Origin: Candidatus Bathyarchaeia archaeon | Lineage (GTDB): Archaea > Thermoproteota > Bathyarchaeia > Bathyarchaeales > Bathycorpusculaceae | Assembly (NCBI GenBank): GCA_049516875.1 | Contig: JBEKSS010000003.1 | Coordinates: 128,001-192,000 of the forward strand | Length of the DNA: 64,000 nucleotides | Direction: 5' to 3' | In this document: positions 29,685 to 39,360 of the stretch, piece after piece | Position numbering within the stretch: the first letter of the stretch is position 1 | How the letters are laid out: each line of letters begins with the position of its first letter | Made by a program: the position numbers and the translations under genes | The notes under the pieces: generated by a model | The model's database searches: none | The model's input: only the letters and a program-made list of their open reading frames with translations | Told to the model about the DNA's origin: nothing

Positions 29685-30560
29685 TCACTTGAAGTTGATT
29701 TGTTCAGCTACATATTCGGGGATTTTCACTGTTCCCATGAGTATCGGCTTTTGATGGCAATCGCTTCCCCCAGTCATGATTAGCCCACGTTTTTTTGCAA
29801 ACTCCACATAATGATTCGTTGTTAGGGCGTCGTTTCTGGAGTGCCAACACTCTACGCCATTAATGTATCCTAAAAATGATTCTTCTATTATCTTTGTCTG
29901 TTCAGGCAGCGATTTAGTCAGCGTCACAAGTGAGGTTCCATGGGGATCGTTGGGGTGAGCTAACACTATTATTCCTCCAGCGTTTCTCACCAGTCTCGAA
30001 GCCTCGGTAATGTAAAGAGGATACTTGGGAACGTCGCATTTCACAAGATACTTGTCAAAAGCCTCTTGTTTGGTTCTGACAATCCCTTTCCGCACTAAAT
30101 AGTCCGCTATGTGAGGCCGTCCAACCACGCCGTCAACGGAACGCTGAATCTCCCTAAAATCCTTCTGCGTCAACTTTTCAATTCCCTCTTTTTCAAATTC
30201 CGCATTAACATTATCCAAGATTTTGGCAGCTCTTTCCTCTCGATATTCCGCGATTTCTTGAAGTTTGTCCTTTAACTCCTTATTTCTTACGTCAAATTGA
30301 TAACCCAACAAATCTAACGATATCGATTTACCCTCGTTGTATCTGGGATGCGAGAAGGTTACATTCAATTCAACCCCAGAAACATAACGTATTCCGTTTT
30401 TTCCCGCCAAAGCCATGGCTTTCTCTTGACAGCCGATCGAGTCGTGGTCTGTAATCGACATCAACCCGATATTTCTGATCTTGGCTTCCTTAACAATTTC
30501 CTCAACGGTCAAGTTTCCGTCTGAACAACTTTTTGAATGAATATGCAAATCTATTATCAT
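29685..30560 (-). CDS. PHP-domain phosphoesterase (TrpH/YciV-like)
   Basis: DLHIHS..SDG, ITDHD, GVELN, GRPHIA, LAHP, GGSDCH. Confidence 0.9.
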   Translation of the reverse strand: MIIDLHIHSKSCSDGNLTVEEIVKEAKIRNIGLMSITDHDSIGCQEKAMALAGKNGIRYVSGVELNVTFSHPRYNEGKSISLDLLGYQFDVRNKELKDKLQEIAEYREERAAKILDNVNAEFEKEGIEKLTQKDFREIQRSVDGVVGRPHIADYLVRKGIVRTKQEAFDKYLVKCDVPKYPLYITEASRLVRNAGGIIVLAHPNDPHGTSLVTLTKSLPEQTKIIEESFLGYINGVECWHSRNDALTTNHYVEFAKKRGLIMTGGSDCHQKPILMGTVKIPEYVAEQINFK

Positions 30561-30577
30561 GATAAAACGAGGTCCAA

Positions 30578-31180
30578 TTACCTTTTTTCCATCCCGATAA
30601 TGTACCAATCCTCAGGAGGATCATGTTCAGTGTCGACAGTCAAGTGCAATATTTTGAGTTGCGGATATCTCTGTTTCAAATCGTTCAAGTCGACAGGTTC
30701 AAATTTCTTCTTGTTGTTAAGATAAGCTTCCCTAGTTAAGGCGTTTGACTCATAGTTCTCTTTGGTTCTTCTAAGAATCCTCGCAATTGACACTTCTTCA
30801 GAGCAGTGAGTCTGAAGTATGGCAAAAGTCATGTTGTACTTTGCAGCTATCGCGGCGGCACGTCTTCGCAATTCTTGGGTTACAAAAGTAGCATCTAATA
30901 TTACGCCTTTATCCTTCTTTGCAAGGTCTTCTGCTCGGCGAAACGTCTCATCATAGACAAGCTCTCGTTTGCTCATGTTTGACGCAACTTTTTCGTCAAA
31001 AATGTTCTCATTCTTGAGAACTTCGAGTCGGATCAAATCGGTTCGAAGAATGGGGTATCCCTTGATTTTTGAGACCTCCTCGGAGGTCTCTGTTTTCCAT
31101 GTTCCTGGAAGCCCGCATGTGATCAGCAGAGTTCTGGGCTCTAACTCGGCCTTGACAAACTCGGCAAAAGGTTCCCTCAA
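30578..31180 (-). CDS. P-loop kinase, AAA_33/COG0645-like
   Basis: CGLPGTWKT Walker A variant, RTDLIR, VILDATF; matches the C-terminal half of Rv2004c-type proteins. Confidence 0.85.
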   Translation of the reverse strand: MREPFAEFVKAELEPRTLLITCGLPGTWKTETSEEVSKIKGYPILRTDLIRLEVLKNENIFDEKVASNMSKRELVYDETFRRAEDLAKKDKGVILDATFVTQELRRRAAAIAAKYNMTFAILQTHCSEEVSIARILRRTKENYESNALTREAYLNNKKKFEPVDLNDLKQRYPQLKILHLTVDTEHDPPEDWYIIGMEKR

Positions 31181-31472
31181 CTGGACATACCCTTACATCA
31201 AGTTTAGACAAAGCAAAATTAAACCTTTGCGGCAAGAAACGGTTTGGACCTGTATGGAACTAGTAATAACACGTTTTGCAGACAGCAGATTCGCAGTGTC
31301 ATTTCTAATGTTTCATCAGTTTTTTCCGCGGCATCTAAGCCTGCGGTTTCCGCACTTCTCTTAGTGTTGATTGGAGAGGTTTTGAGCTTTGGTCCGCGCG
31401 CTGCAGGGATATCCGAACTCGTCGATTCTCTCTTCAAGGCAAGTACGTTTCAAAGGAACAGGGGGCGTGGTT

Positions 31473-32480
31473 CTAAACTACATCAAAAAAACTTGATTGG
31501 GTCCCGCTCTTCCTGCCGACCTCAGCTAGCATTATCTTTTCCAGCACTTTCTGAGCGCACGCCACAGGCGAACACTTCGTCGTGTCCAACGTTATTTCGG
31601 GATTAGATAGTGGTTCGTACGGTTGCCCCACTCCCGGAACTGTCGGCGCCTTGCCCTTCTTGGCCCGCTCGTAGATTGATTTCGGCGCATGATGGGTTCT
31701 TGCCCTTCTGCCTTCGCGCTGCACGCAGACCTTTAATGAGCATTCCAGATAGACTTCAATGAACACCGAGATTCTCTTTCTAGCGTTCTCGCGGTAACGC
31801 CTCAGGTTGCCAGTGGCGTCGATAACCACGTTCACGCCGTTCTGTGTCAAGAGCTCGGCAATATAGACGAGGGTTGCATAGACCGTGTCTCGTTCTTCGA
31901 GCGAATAGGACGGCTTGGGGGTTAGAAATCTGCGGAGAGCGTCTGAAGACAAGAGTTGAGCATGAACGCCTTCCTTCTTGAGGAGCTCAAGTATAGCTTC
32001 TGAAACGGTAGATTTACCGCTTCCGGGCAGGCCGGTAACCCAGACACACCAACCATTCTTCGCCACCAACACCATCCTGCGGAAGGGCTTTAACCCTATT
32101 TCCCCCATGATTTCACTTAAATGTTCGTAGGCTTCAACCCTGAAAAGATGACCCTTGCAAGAGCAGTCTGACGAACCGAACCCCATTATGGGACTAGCTA
32201 TTTCGGCCATCCTTTCAGCAACTCTGCACTCTTCAGGCCTTCCAGCTTCCTTGTAGAACACCTTGAGAACTTTTGCTTCACGATTGTTGAGCAGATAGTC
32301 GATGTGCCAAAACTTTCGTTTCACTCTTCTGAGGTGCCGCTCCACTCTTTTCTCCAGGTTGTTCTGAGCCGAACCGACGTATGCATAAAGCCCTTCCTGA
32401 AAACTCTTATCGCCCAAACCGCCAACGCGTACGCTTATGTTCTTGGCTATCGAAACCAGGAGGACATAGATTCCTTTCAT
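31473..32480 (-). CDS. Fusion of a GIY-YIG (DUF123/Uri) nuclease domain and an adenylyl-sulfate kinase-like P-loop domain
   Basis: N-terminal MKGIYVL...YAYVGSA...RH...WHIDYLL...GFGSSDCSCKGHL; C-terminal WVTGLPGSGKST, VYLECSL.VC..R, VPGVGQPYE. Confidence 0.85.
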   Translation of the reverse strand: MKGIYVLLVSIAKNISVRVGGLGDKSFQEGLYAYVGSAQNNLEKRVERHLRRVKRKFWHIDYLLNNREAKVLKVFYKEAGRPEECRVAERMAEIASPIMGFGSSDCSCKGHLFRVEAYEHLSEIMGEIGLKPFRRMVLVAKNGWCVWVTGLPGSGKSTVSEAILELLKKEGVHAQLLSSDALRRFLTPKPSYSLEERDTVYATLVYIAELLTQNGVNVVIDATGNLRRYRENARKRISVFIEVYLECSLKVCVQREGRRARTHHAPKSIYERAKKGKAPTVPGVGQPYEPLSNPEITLDTTKCSPVACAQKVLEKIMLAEVGRKSGTQSSFFDVV

Positions 32481-32496
32481 GCCTTTCTGTCAACGC
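32414..32496 (-). repeat. Direct repeat copy A: 5' end and upstream region of the GIY-YIG gene
   Basis: Aligns to 42303-42385; 64/75 identical over 32422-32496. Confidence 0.85.
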
Positions 32497-32578
32497 TGCC
32501 TTATGATTAACAACCTGATGGTGTTTTCGGCGAATAATCTTATTGTATTATGCTTTCTTCGTGGATGGGAGGATCGTT

Positions 32579-32623
32579 ATGGAGTTTATGGAGGTCGTGG
32601 CCGCAAGGAAGCGCGTCCGCTAG
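32579..32623 (+). pseudogene. N-terminal stub of a nitroreductase-like gene
   Basis: GGAGG SD followed by MEFMEVVAARKRVR*, similar to the MEF.EVI..RRSIR start of nitroreductases. Confidence 0.4.
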
Positions 32624-32817
32624 AAGCACATAAGCTACCGTGCAAACGAATTTAGGAACACGCATGTGCGCTTCTATTTCTGCCTGAGTCTCTAAAACTT
32701 TCGGCAAGCTCTAGGCTTGATGTTGCGAACAAGTTGTACGAAAATCCTTTCGAAACCTTCATAAATGCTGAAGGGTGTTCGAGAAACGCTGAAGAGCGCA
32801 GGAAGAGAACAACAAGG

Positions 32818-34050
32818 ATGGAAAGACGTAGACTTGCAGTATTCGATGTTGAAGGTGTGCTAATTCCTAAAAGGCGCTATCTACTCTTTGAGGTAGGCAG
32901 GAAACTTGGCTTTTCGCAGTTTGCAAGAATAGCTTTATATGGAGTATTCTACGAGCTGGGTCTGATCTCACTGAAATCCGCAATGAAGCATGTGTTCAAG
33001 TTTTTCGAAGGTTTCCCGGCCGATGAGCTTCTTCAGATTTTTAGGCAGATTCCATTATTGCCTGGTGTAAAAGAGGTTTTTAGGAAACTGAGCAGCGCAG
33101 GCTGGAAGACCGCGTTGATAAGCTCTGGGTTGCCAACTTTTGTCGTTCGAGATTTGGCGTCAACGCTTGGCGCTGACTATGCTTTCGGTTTTGAGTTGGG
33201 AACGAAAGACGCTGTTGTGACAGGAGAGATATGGGGAGACACTATTGAGCATGAAGGAAAGCTTACGATTTTGAGGAGGATCTTGGAAACCGAGGGATTA
33301 ACCCCAGAAGACTGCGTTGTGGTTGTAGACGACCGAAATAACGCTCCAATAATGCTTCCAAAGATGCTGAAGATAGGCTACAACCCTGATTTTATGGTCC
33401 GTATGAAAGCGGATTATGTAGTGACTGGGGATCCAATCAAAATCCTTTCCATGATTGAAGGTCAACCGAAAAGCCGAAGTTTGCCAACTAAGAATGATGT
33501 CCTTCGAGAGATCATTCATGCGTCCGGCTTCGCAGTACCCGTTCTTTCGAGTCTGATGGGTGTCTACACCATTGCTTACCTCATCTTGTTCGTGACCGCC
33601 TTCTACGTTATCTCCGAGTTAACAATGATGGAGAAAAGGAGCTTGCCAGTAATCTCGTCAATAACTCGCCATGCCGCCACACCAGAAGAACTCTATGAAT
33701 TCCGCGCCGCACCCGTATTCTTTGCTTTCGGAATACTGCTCACTCTACTCCTTTTCCCACGTCCTGCAAGCAGCGCCGCCATTGTGATATTCGCGCTTGG
33801 AGACAGCACAGCTTCAATCTTCGGAAAAATGTTTGGAAAGAAAATACTCTTTTTTAACAAAGGAAAAACATTAGAGGGTTCACTCATTGGTTTCGCTTTT
33901 GCCTTCTCGGCGGCCGCATTCTTCGTGACCCCGTTGAGGGCAGCATCAGGGGCAGCTGTAGCCATGTTGATTGAAAGTCTGCCATTGCCAATAAACGACA
34001 ACCTGGCTGTCCCATTAGTCACAGGAGCTTTGCTGACTTTCATGCGTTAG
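32818..34050 (+). CDS. Fusion of a HAD (SerB-like) phosphatase and a dolichol/phytol kinase-like membrane domain
   Basis: AVFDVEGVL, LISSG, VVVDDRNN; then REIIHASG, multiple TM segments, ALGDSTASIFGK.FG, KGKTLEGS, INDNLAVP. Confidence 0.85.
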   Translation: MERRRLAVFDVEGVLIPKRRYLLFEVGRKLGFSQFARIALYGVFYELGLISLKSAMKHVFKFFEGFPADELLQIFRQIPLLPGVKEVFRKLSSAGWKTALISSGLPTFVVRDLASTLGADYAFGFELGTKDAVVTGEIWGDTIEHEGKLTILRRILETEGLTPEDCVVVVDDRNNAPIMLPKMLKIGYNPDFMVRMKADYVVTGDPIKILSMIEGQPKSRSLPTKNDVLREIIHASGFAVPVLSSLMGVYTIAYLILFVTAFYVISELTMMEKRSLPVISSITRHAATPEELYEFRAAPVFFAFGILLTLLLFPRPASSAAIVIFALGDSTASIFGKMFGKKILFFNKGKTLEGSLIGFAFAFSAAAFFVTPLRAASGAAVAMLIESLPLPINDNLAVPLVTGALLTFMR

Positions 34051-34141
34051 CGCGCGCGAAAAATAGAAAATTCCGAGAATATTCTGTCAGGGTTCGCCAT
34101 AGAAAAATAAAACAACGCGCGCTAGATATCTCCCGCGCGCG

Positions 34142-34761
34142 GTAAGGGTCTCCTGGCTTGATCAGCACAGGTTCCTTGCCGAAGATTCGCATACCCAGTT
34201 TTTGCTTAATAGCCTCCTTAATTAATTCCTGAAGATGCAATAGAAATTTCTCAAATCCTTCTTCGTCCTTCAACATGTACTCGTAGGCAGTTCTGTCGAT
34301 GAAATGGGTTTTGAGGACGTCAAGGAGCTCTTTTTCGTCACCATTATATTTCTCAAACAGTAATTCCTTCAAGTACACCGACGGCTCTTTTGCCTTGGCT
34401 ATTTTTTGATTTGTATTATTCGTCAACCATGTGATATTCAGTACCGAGTCCAATAGATATGGGGATTCTGAGGCAATGGCCCCTTTAGGGAATATGTGAT
34501 GTTTCTGATATGAAGCTGCATGCCCAACCTCCTTTTTCTCTGCAAAATCCCTTGCATGCTCGAGGAAAAATAAGGATAGAATTCCTTTGTAAATGGCGTG
34601 GTAGTGAGACTCCATCTTTGTTAGATCCAATAAATCTATCTGGCGTCTCTCTTGTTCCACGACGGTGGGAACCTGACTTTCATCATCAAACCACGACATC
34701 AGCTCTTTGTAATGTGCACTCATTGTGCTGTCAACCGCGCCGGAATAGGCGTTGGTAAAAA
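34142..34761 (-). pseudogene. Internal fragment of a DUF262/GmrSD-like protein (C-terminal HNH/DUF1524 region)
   Basis: VFTNAYSGAVDST...HHIFPK...LNITWLTNNTNQKI..KEPSVYL...LIKPGDPY; no N-terminal DUF262 domain; both ends abut (CG)n runs. Confidence 0.7.
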
Positions 34762-35180
34762 CGCGCGCATGTCTGTTTCGAAAATGGTCAAAAATGGTTT
34801 TAATTCCGTTTCGAATTCCCAGAGCCCTGATTGCTTAAAAGAAAATACGAGCATATAGGGAGTACAGAATTGCCCCCAAGCCCGAAGAGAAGAATAAAAA
34901 CCATTTTAGGCCAATTAAGGAACAACCATGCGCGCCAAAAGAAGTTTAGAATAAGAGAGAAAGTAGGGGACGGCAATTTCCTGAGAAAATGACGAGTTAG
35001 TGTCGAGTTTGTTTGAAACAGGTTTTTCCATCATTTTAGGCTTAAACCACTTTCGCAGGTAAGGCGTGAATTCGGTCAGCAACAGGGCTTGGGGGTTTTT
35101 GTGCGCAGGCTGACGTTGAACAGGTACAACTATATAACGGGTCCTGCCAAGTAGTCACTAGTATTGGACCTTGATGTGAG

Positions 35181-35441
35181 TTGTCTGCGAGCATCTCTTA
35201 CGTTCTTGCTAGATTCGCCTTGTTCTTAGAGCCAATATCACCTCGTTTCATCTCTTTCCTGCTTCGAAGAAGACTCAGTGAATGGGAAAGAAAAGGGCTG
35301 ATTGCAGGGTCCAAGACAAAAACACGAAGAATCGGCAAGTTCCACTATAGAATTGAGGTTGATTTGGATTTGACACAGCAACAGGCCAACCGGATATTGG
35401 CGGTGACGCTGGCTCGAGTATTTAGAAGGTTGAGGAGGTGA
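35181..35441 (+). CDS. Small basic hypothetical protein
   Basis: 86 aa; TATATAA near 35131; followed by an SD-linked small ORF. Confidence 0.55.
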   Translation: MSASISYVLARFALFLEPISPRFISFLLRRRLSEWERKGLIAGSKTKTRRIGKFHYRIEVDLDLTQQQANRILAVTLARVFRRLRR

Positions 35442-35445
35442 TGTG

Positions 35446-35601
35446 ATGGTTGAAGAGAAGAAGGGACACGCAAAAATCACCCTCGAAATCGAGTTAAACG
35501 AGGCCTTGATGGAAATCATGAAAGAGGGCATGAAGAACATGCCTCAAATGGGCGGAATGATGCGAAGGATGATGCAAGGAAGAAACAAAGAGAGCGAATA
35601 G
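35446..35601 (+). CDS. 51-aa Met-rich small protein
   Basis: Strong SD GGAGGTG; MVEEKKGHAKITLEIELNEALMEIMKEGMKNMPQMGGMMRRMMQGRNKESE*. Below the ORF-track length cut-off. Confidence 0.65.
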   Translation: MVEEKKGHAKITLEIELNEALMEIMKEGMKNMPQMGGMMRRMMQGRNKESE

Positions 35602-35805
35602 CGTCAGCAGCCCAGCACAACTTCACGCGCTGTTTTTGATGTCTGTTCAACAGTCGAGATGCCTCTGCTACCGCTGGGTATCGCTCAGCCGCCGCACGTG
35701 ATGCAGCAGAAAAGCTGTCGATAAGTCCCAAACGAGTAGTCCTTCTTGCCCGGTGCCTTTCAGAGGGGAAAATGCCGCTTTTTTTCCGGCGCCGAACGGG
35801 CCGCG

Positions 35806-36111
35806 TTACTGTTTTTCGGGCTCTCTCTTCTCTGTTTCCTTTGTCTCGTTCGCGCTTGTTATTTCTTCTATTGGTTTTGGTGGTGGTGTGGTGGCCATGG
35901 TCCAGCCTATCCACGCGCCTATTCCCATTACTGCGGTGAAGGCGATGAACACTGGTATCGCTATGACCCAGAATTGGGCGTTAGAGAGCCATTGAACTTG
36001 CACTCCGAACACCGAAAGCCATTGAGGATAGAAGAGTGTGACTAGGTAGAAGAGGGCTACTAGAACGCAGACAACAGTAATTGCCGCACCGAGTGCTTGG
36101 TCTCTGTTCAA
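35806..36111 (-). CDS. Small 2-TM membrane protein, WIGWTMATTPPPKPIEE family (paralog 1)
   Basis: SD GGAGGTGA with TTG start; two TM helices; motif shared with 44160-44558. Confidence 0.85.
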   Translation of the reverse strand: MNRDQALGAAITVVCVLVALFYLVTLFYPQWLSVFGVQVQWLSNAQFWVIAIPVFIAFTAVMGIGAWIGWTMATTPPPKPIEEITSANETKETEKREPEKQ

Positions 36112-36218
36112 GAAAGTTTCACCTCCGTGACGTGTTTGGCGATGTGTATTTGTGTTGTTAATGTGAACAATAATGTTTATTAAGATTCACGATTCAGTTC
36201 TTGACTTGATGAAAGATT

Positions 36219-36662
36219 ATGGCAATGCAAAAGGCAACCATGGCATCAGTCGTCGTAATGGTGGTCATGGGCTTAATGGTGAGCGCCCTGGGTGCACTTG
36301 TTGCAACTCGCACGATTTCTAACAGCGGAAGCATTACAGCAGTAGGAGTAGGTGTATACTCAGACAATGCTTGCGCAACTGCGCTCTCCACTATCGGTTG
36401 GGCAACCCTGAACCCCGGCGATGTAAAAACGTACACGATGTACGTGAGGAACGAGGGCACTGTGCCAGTAACCTTGAACATGGCAGTACGTAACTGGAAT
36501 CCCGCATCCGCTTCGAGCTACATTACTTTGACTTGGAACAAAGAGAATTACGTGCTGCCAGCCGGCCAAGTCGTCCAAGCAGTGCTGACCCTCACGGTCT
36601 CATCAGGCGTCAGCGGAGTCACAACGTTCAGCTTCGACATAACCATAACAGGAACACAGTAG
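36219..36662 (+). CDS. Secreted or membrane-anchored Ig-like hypothetical protein
   Basis: Hydrophobic N-terminus; T/V/S-rich beta domain (YVRNEGTVPVTL...FSFDITITG). Confidence 0.8.
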   Translation: MAMQKATMASVVVMVVMGLMVSALGALVATRTISNSGSITAVGVGVYSDNACATALSTIGWATLNPGDVKTYTMYVRNEGTVPVTLNMAVRNWNPASASSYITLTWNKENYVLPAGQVVQAVLTLTVSSGVSGVTTFSFDITITGTQ

Positions 36663-36881
36663 TTCCATACGGGGCGCGCAACAGCAGTAATATCGGAAAC
36701 CAGAGATGGTGCTGAGAATCAAGAAGGGCAGCTTCTTTTTGTTTCTGTTAGTGATTCAACGACTGACGAGTACCGGCGCGTTGGTTCCTGTCGCGCGCGG
36801 TTGAAACGACTCGCGCGACCTCTATGTTGACGTTAGCATTCCATAAATGCGAGTGGCCACTTCCTCCTGCGGCGAGTTTCG

Positions 36882-36950
36882 TTACGCTGCAACTATTATC
36901 TCGTAAATGCGTATGGCGACTGTTGCCAAGAAGAGCAGGCCCGTTGCTAG
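36882..36950 (-). pseudogene. C-terminal stub of a paralog of the small membrane protein at 37573
   Basis: LATGLLFLATVAIRIYEIIVAA* compared with MGILFLTTVTIHIYTIIAST*; starts at the palindrome CTAGCGCGCGCTAG (36947-36960). Confidence 0.6.
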
Positions 36951-37041
36951 CGCGCGCTAGGTTTAAGGTACAAACGAATTAGTTGAAGGACCGCCGAAAA
37001 TTTTAAATCGGCATCTACAATATGTACTTGTGGTGTTTTAT

Positions 37042-37290
37042 TTGGTTAAAGTGAAGAAACATTCGGGAGCTACGCAGGATTTCGATAAGGCAAAACTTAA
37101 AGCTTCTGTTAAGAAAGCTGGAGCTAAAGAGGAACACGCAACAAAGGTTGCCGACAACGTTGCAAGTAAAGTGAAGGAAGGAACGGTGACTGTCGAGATA
37201 AGGCGATGGTGTATAACCGAACTTAGACCACTAGACCCCAAAGCTGCAAAAGCCTACGAGACATTTGAAAAACCAGCAAAGAAAAAGTAA
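37042..37290 (+). CDS. Stand-alone ATP-cone domain protein
   Basis: VKVKKHSGATQDFDKAKLKASVKKAG...TVEIRRWCITELR..DPKAAKAYE. Confidence 0.85.
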   Translation: MVKVKKHSGATQDFDKAKLKASVKKAGAKEEHATKVADNVASKVKEGTVTVEIRRWCITELRPLDPKAAKAYETFEKPAKKK

Positions 37291-37447
37291 GTCTAGCCAA
37301 AAATCCAGATACTTCTCTTTTTTTAGAAAAGTCACTTCTGAAGGGTTAATTCTGTCTAATACAACAGTGCGCTAAACAGTATTTCTATTTAACAAAATTC
37401 ATAAACAAAGAACTATAATTATTTGTTCTTAGCGAGGTTTGAGCAAG

Positions 37448-37486
37448 ATGCCAAAGAGCAAGAAGAAAAAAGGAAAGAAGAAGTAG
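37448..37486 (+). CDS. Candidate 12-aa Lys-rich micropeptide MPKSKKKKGKKK
   Basis: GAGGT SD-like sequence upstream, AT-rich promoter-like region, clean ATG...TAG. Confidence 0.4.
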   Translation: MPKSKKKKGKKK

Positions 37487-37572
37487 GCGCGCGCTCCTGG
37501 GTTTGCGGCGGAAAAGCTGTCGACAAGTTCAGACTGGGCTATAAGCTGGAAAAAAGCAGCTCGGCTGATGCT

Positions 37573-37785
37573 TCACGTTGACGCTATTATCGTGTATATG
37601 TGTATGGTCACTGTTGTTAGGAAGAGTATTCCCATCGTGAGTGCTGCGGCTTTCAGTTTCCTCGAGTCTATCAGCAGCGTTGCGGGCCCGTCGTATGCTG
37701 ACACGAGCTGAGCGGTTATGAGGAGTATTATGGAGGTTGCTGCGAGCCAGAGGCTCAAGTTCCAGAAGTCTAAAGGAACCTGCGC
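37573..37785 (-). pseudogene. Small 2-TM membrane protein, start codon apparently lost
   Basis: (A)QVPLDFWNLSLWLAATSIILLITAQLVS...; GCG occupies the expected ATG position after the GGAGG SD; a TTG start at 37758 is possible. Confidence 0.55.
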
Positions 37786-37788
37786 TGT

Positions 37789-38424
37789 CTAGTCCTCCAG
37801 CATTCCGTATTGGATGGTTGTCGTCTGGTCTGACGTGGTTTCTTCTTTTTGTATGACTATGGGTTTTCCAGTTGCTTTGGCTAGGACGCAGGCTAGTGCG
37901 CTGGACAGGGGGGAGCCTACTGTTTCATGTGCCCTTCTTAGCTTGGCTGTTTCTTCGCAGAGGTGTATGAATATGTGTTTGGCGATTCTGATGGTTGCGG
38001 TTGTGTCGTTTGCTTCTATGATTGTGTCTTTAGATATTTCGAACTTCTCGAAGAGTCGTGGGAGTTCCTTCTGGAGATATTTCAGGTCGGTTTCCGTGAA
38101 TGAAACGTTCCGTTCCTTCTCGAACAGCCTCGATAAAGCTAAGCCGGGCGGCGTGAGATAGATGCCGTCTGGCTTCTTGGAGTAGAGTTTCTCCATGTCC
38201 ACTTCTTCCCGTTTTGGCAGGCCAGCTTCAGCGTTTGAAGGAACAAACACTAGGCTGGACCTGTAGTCTTTCAGGAGCTTTGGAGGCAGATAGACGCCTT
38301 TCGCAGTCGAGCCCGAGCTTGTGAGTATTCTTTCGATGTCCGCGAAGCTTGAGATACCTGTTGCCGTCAGCAGGTCCAGTCTCACGCGTTTGGACGGGAC
38401 GAGATAGAGCAGGAGGGCCCCCCA
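37789..38424 (-). pseudogene. 5'-truncated conserved hypothetical membrane-associated protein
   Basis: Protein-like from WGALLLYLVP (38424) through GVYLPP, LTPPGLAL, GSPLSSALAC.LAKATGKP; the 33 codons upstream look unrelated. Confidence 0.55.
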
Positions 38425-39123
38425 CGGATAAGAAAAATTCAAGCAGCAGATGGTCTGACAACTAGCCTCTTTTCGCCTTCCTCCTTTCTCACTTAACCCT
38501 GAATAACCAAGGTAGAACAACATATTGAGGAATACTGTATTAAAAACTAATGGAACTTAGTTCTATAACATCAACACTGTAGGCTGTGCCGACTCTACGT
38601 ATCAAATGATTCACAGAGCCCGAGCAAACACGACCGTCAAGAAGCATTAACAACAACAGTTATCATCATCTGCCCAAAATGTCAGCATAAGATACAGAAA
38701 AAACACGCTAAACAGCATATCCCAGATGCTCCGATACTGCTGCAACGCTACAAGAAGAAAACAAGGAACTAAAAGGAAATTTGGACCGCCTCAAAACGAG
38801 ATACGACGAACTTGAACGTCAACATCAAGACGCCGTAGACATGAGACTCCGAGATCCCACGGTCAAGTCAAACAGTCAGGAGCCACCAGAGTGTAAGTTT
38901 TAAAGGCCTTATCAGCGCGTGCGAATACCCCAACAATCCTAAAACACAATATCTGGTCAAGGGCCCATGCTAACACTTCGAAAGCAAATTGAAAATCCCA
39001 GAACGCGCGTGCACCTACGATTTCCAAAATCAATATGCGCATTGTTCAATCACTGAGGAGAGCACCAGCTCCCTTTTTCTGTGTATGGAAAGCAGGCGCA
39101 AGATCGAACTTGTGCTTAGCGCG

Positions 39124-39360
39124 CTATGTGCTGCGAAGCTTCGTTTGTTCATCTGCTTTTCGCATGAAATCCATAATCATTGGTTGCATGGCTTCAGGAT
39201 ATCGTCTAATGCATGCATTCCCTTCAGATGGCTTCAAGAAACATTGTACTAGCTTCTTTTGCAGGATTTCCTGTTGAACCTGCCTTCTAACTTTCCAGCC
39301 AAGCTTAATGCTTTCGGCAGCTTTGACGTCAAGCAGTTTAACCCTTTTCTGTTTCTTCAT
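39124..39360 (-). CDS. Small hypothetical protein
   Basis: 78-aa ORF with ATG start; stop codon lies within the TAGCGCGCTA palindrome; no recognisable motif. Confidence 0.35.
   Translation of the reverse strand: MKKQKRVKLLDVKAAESIKLGWKVRRQVQQEILQKKLVQCFLKPSEGNACIRRYPEAMQPMIMDFMRKADEQTKLRST

Noticed and set aside
38590-38900. Zn-ribbon (CPKCQH) and coiled-coil pieces
   Set aside because: In different frames with no start or family identity; too degraded to call.
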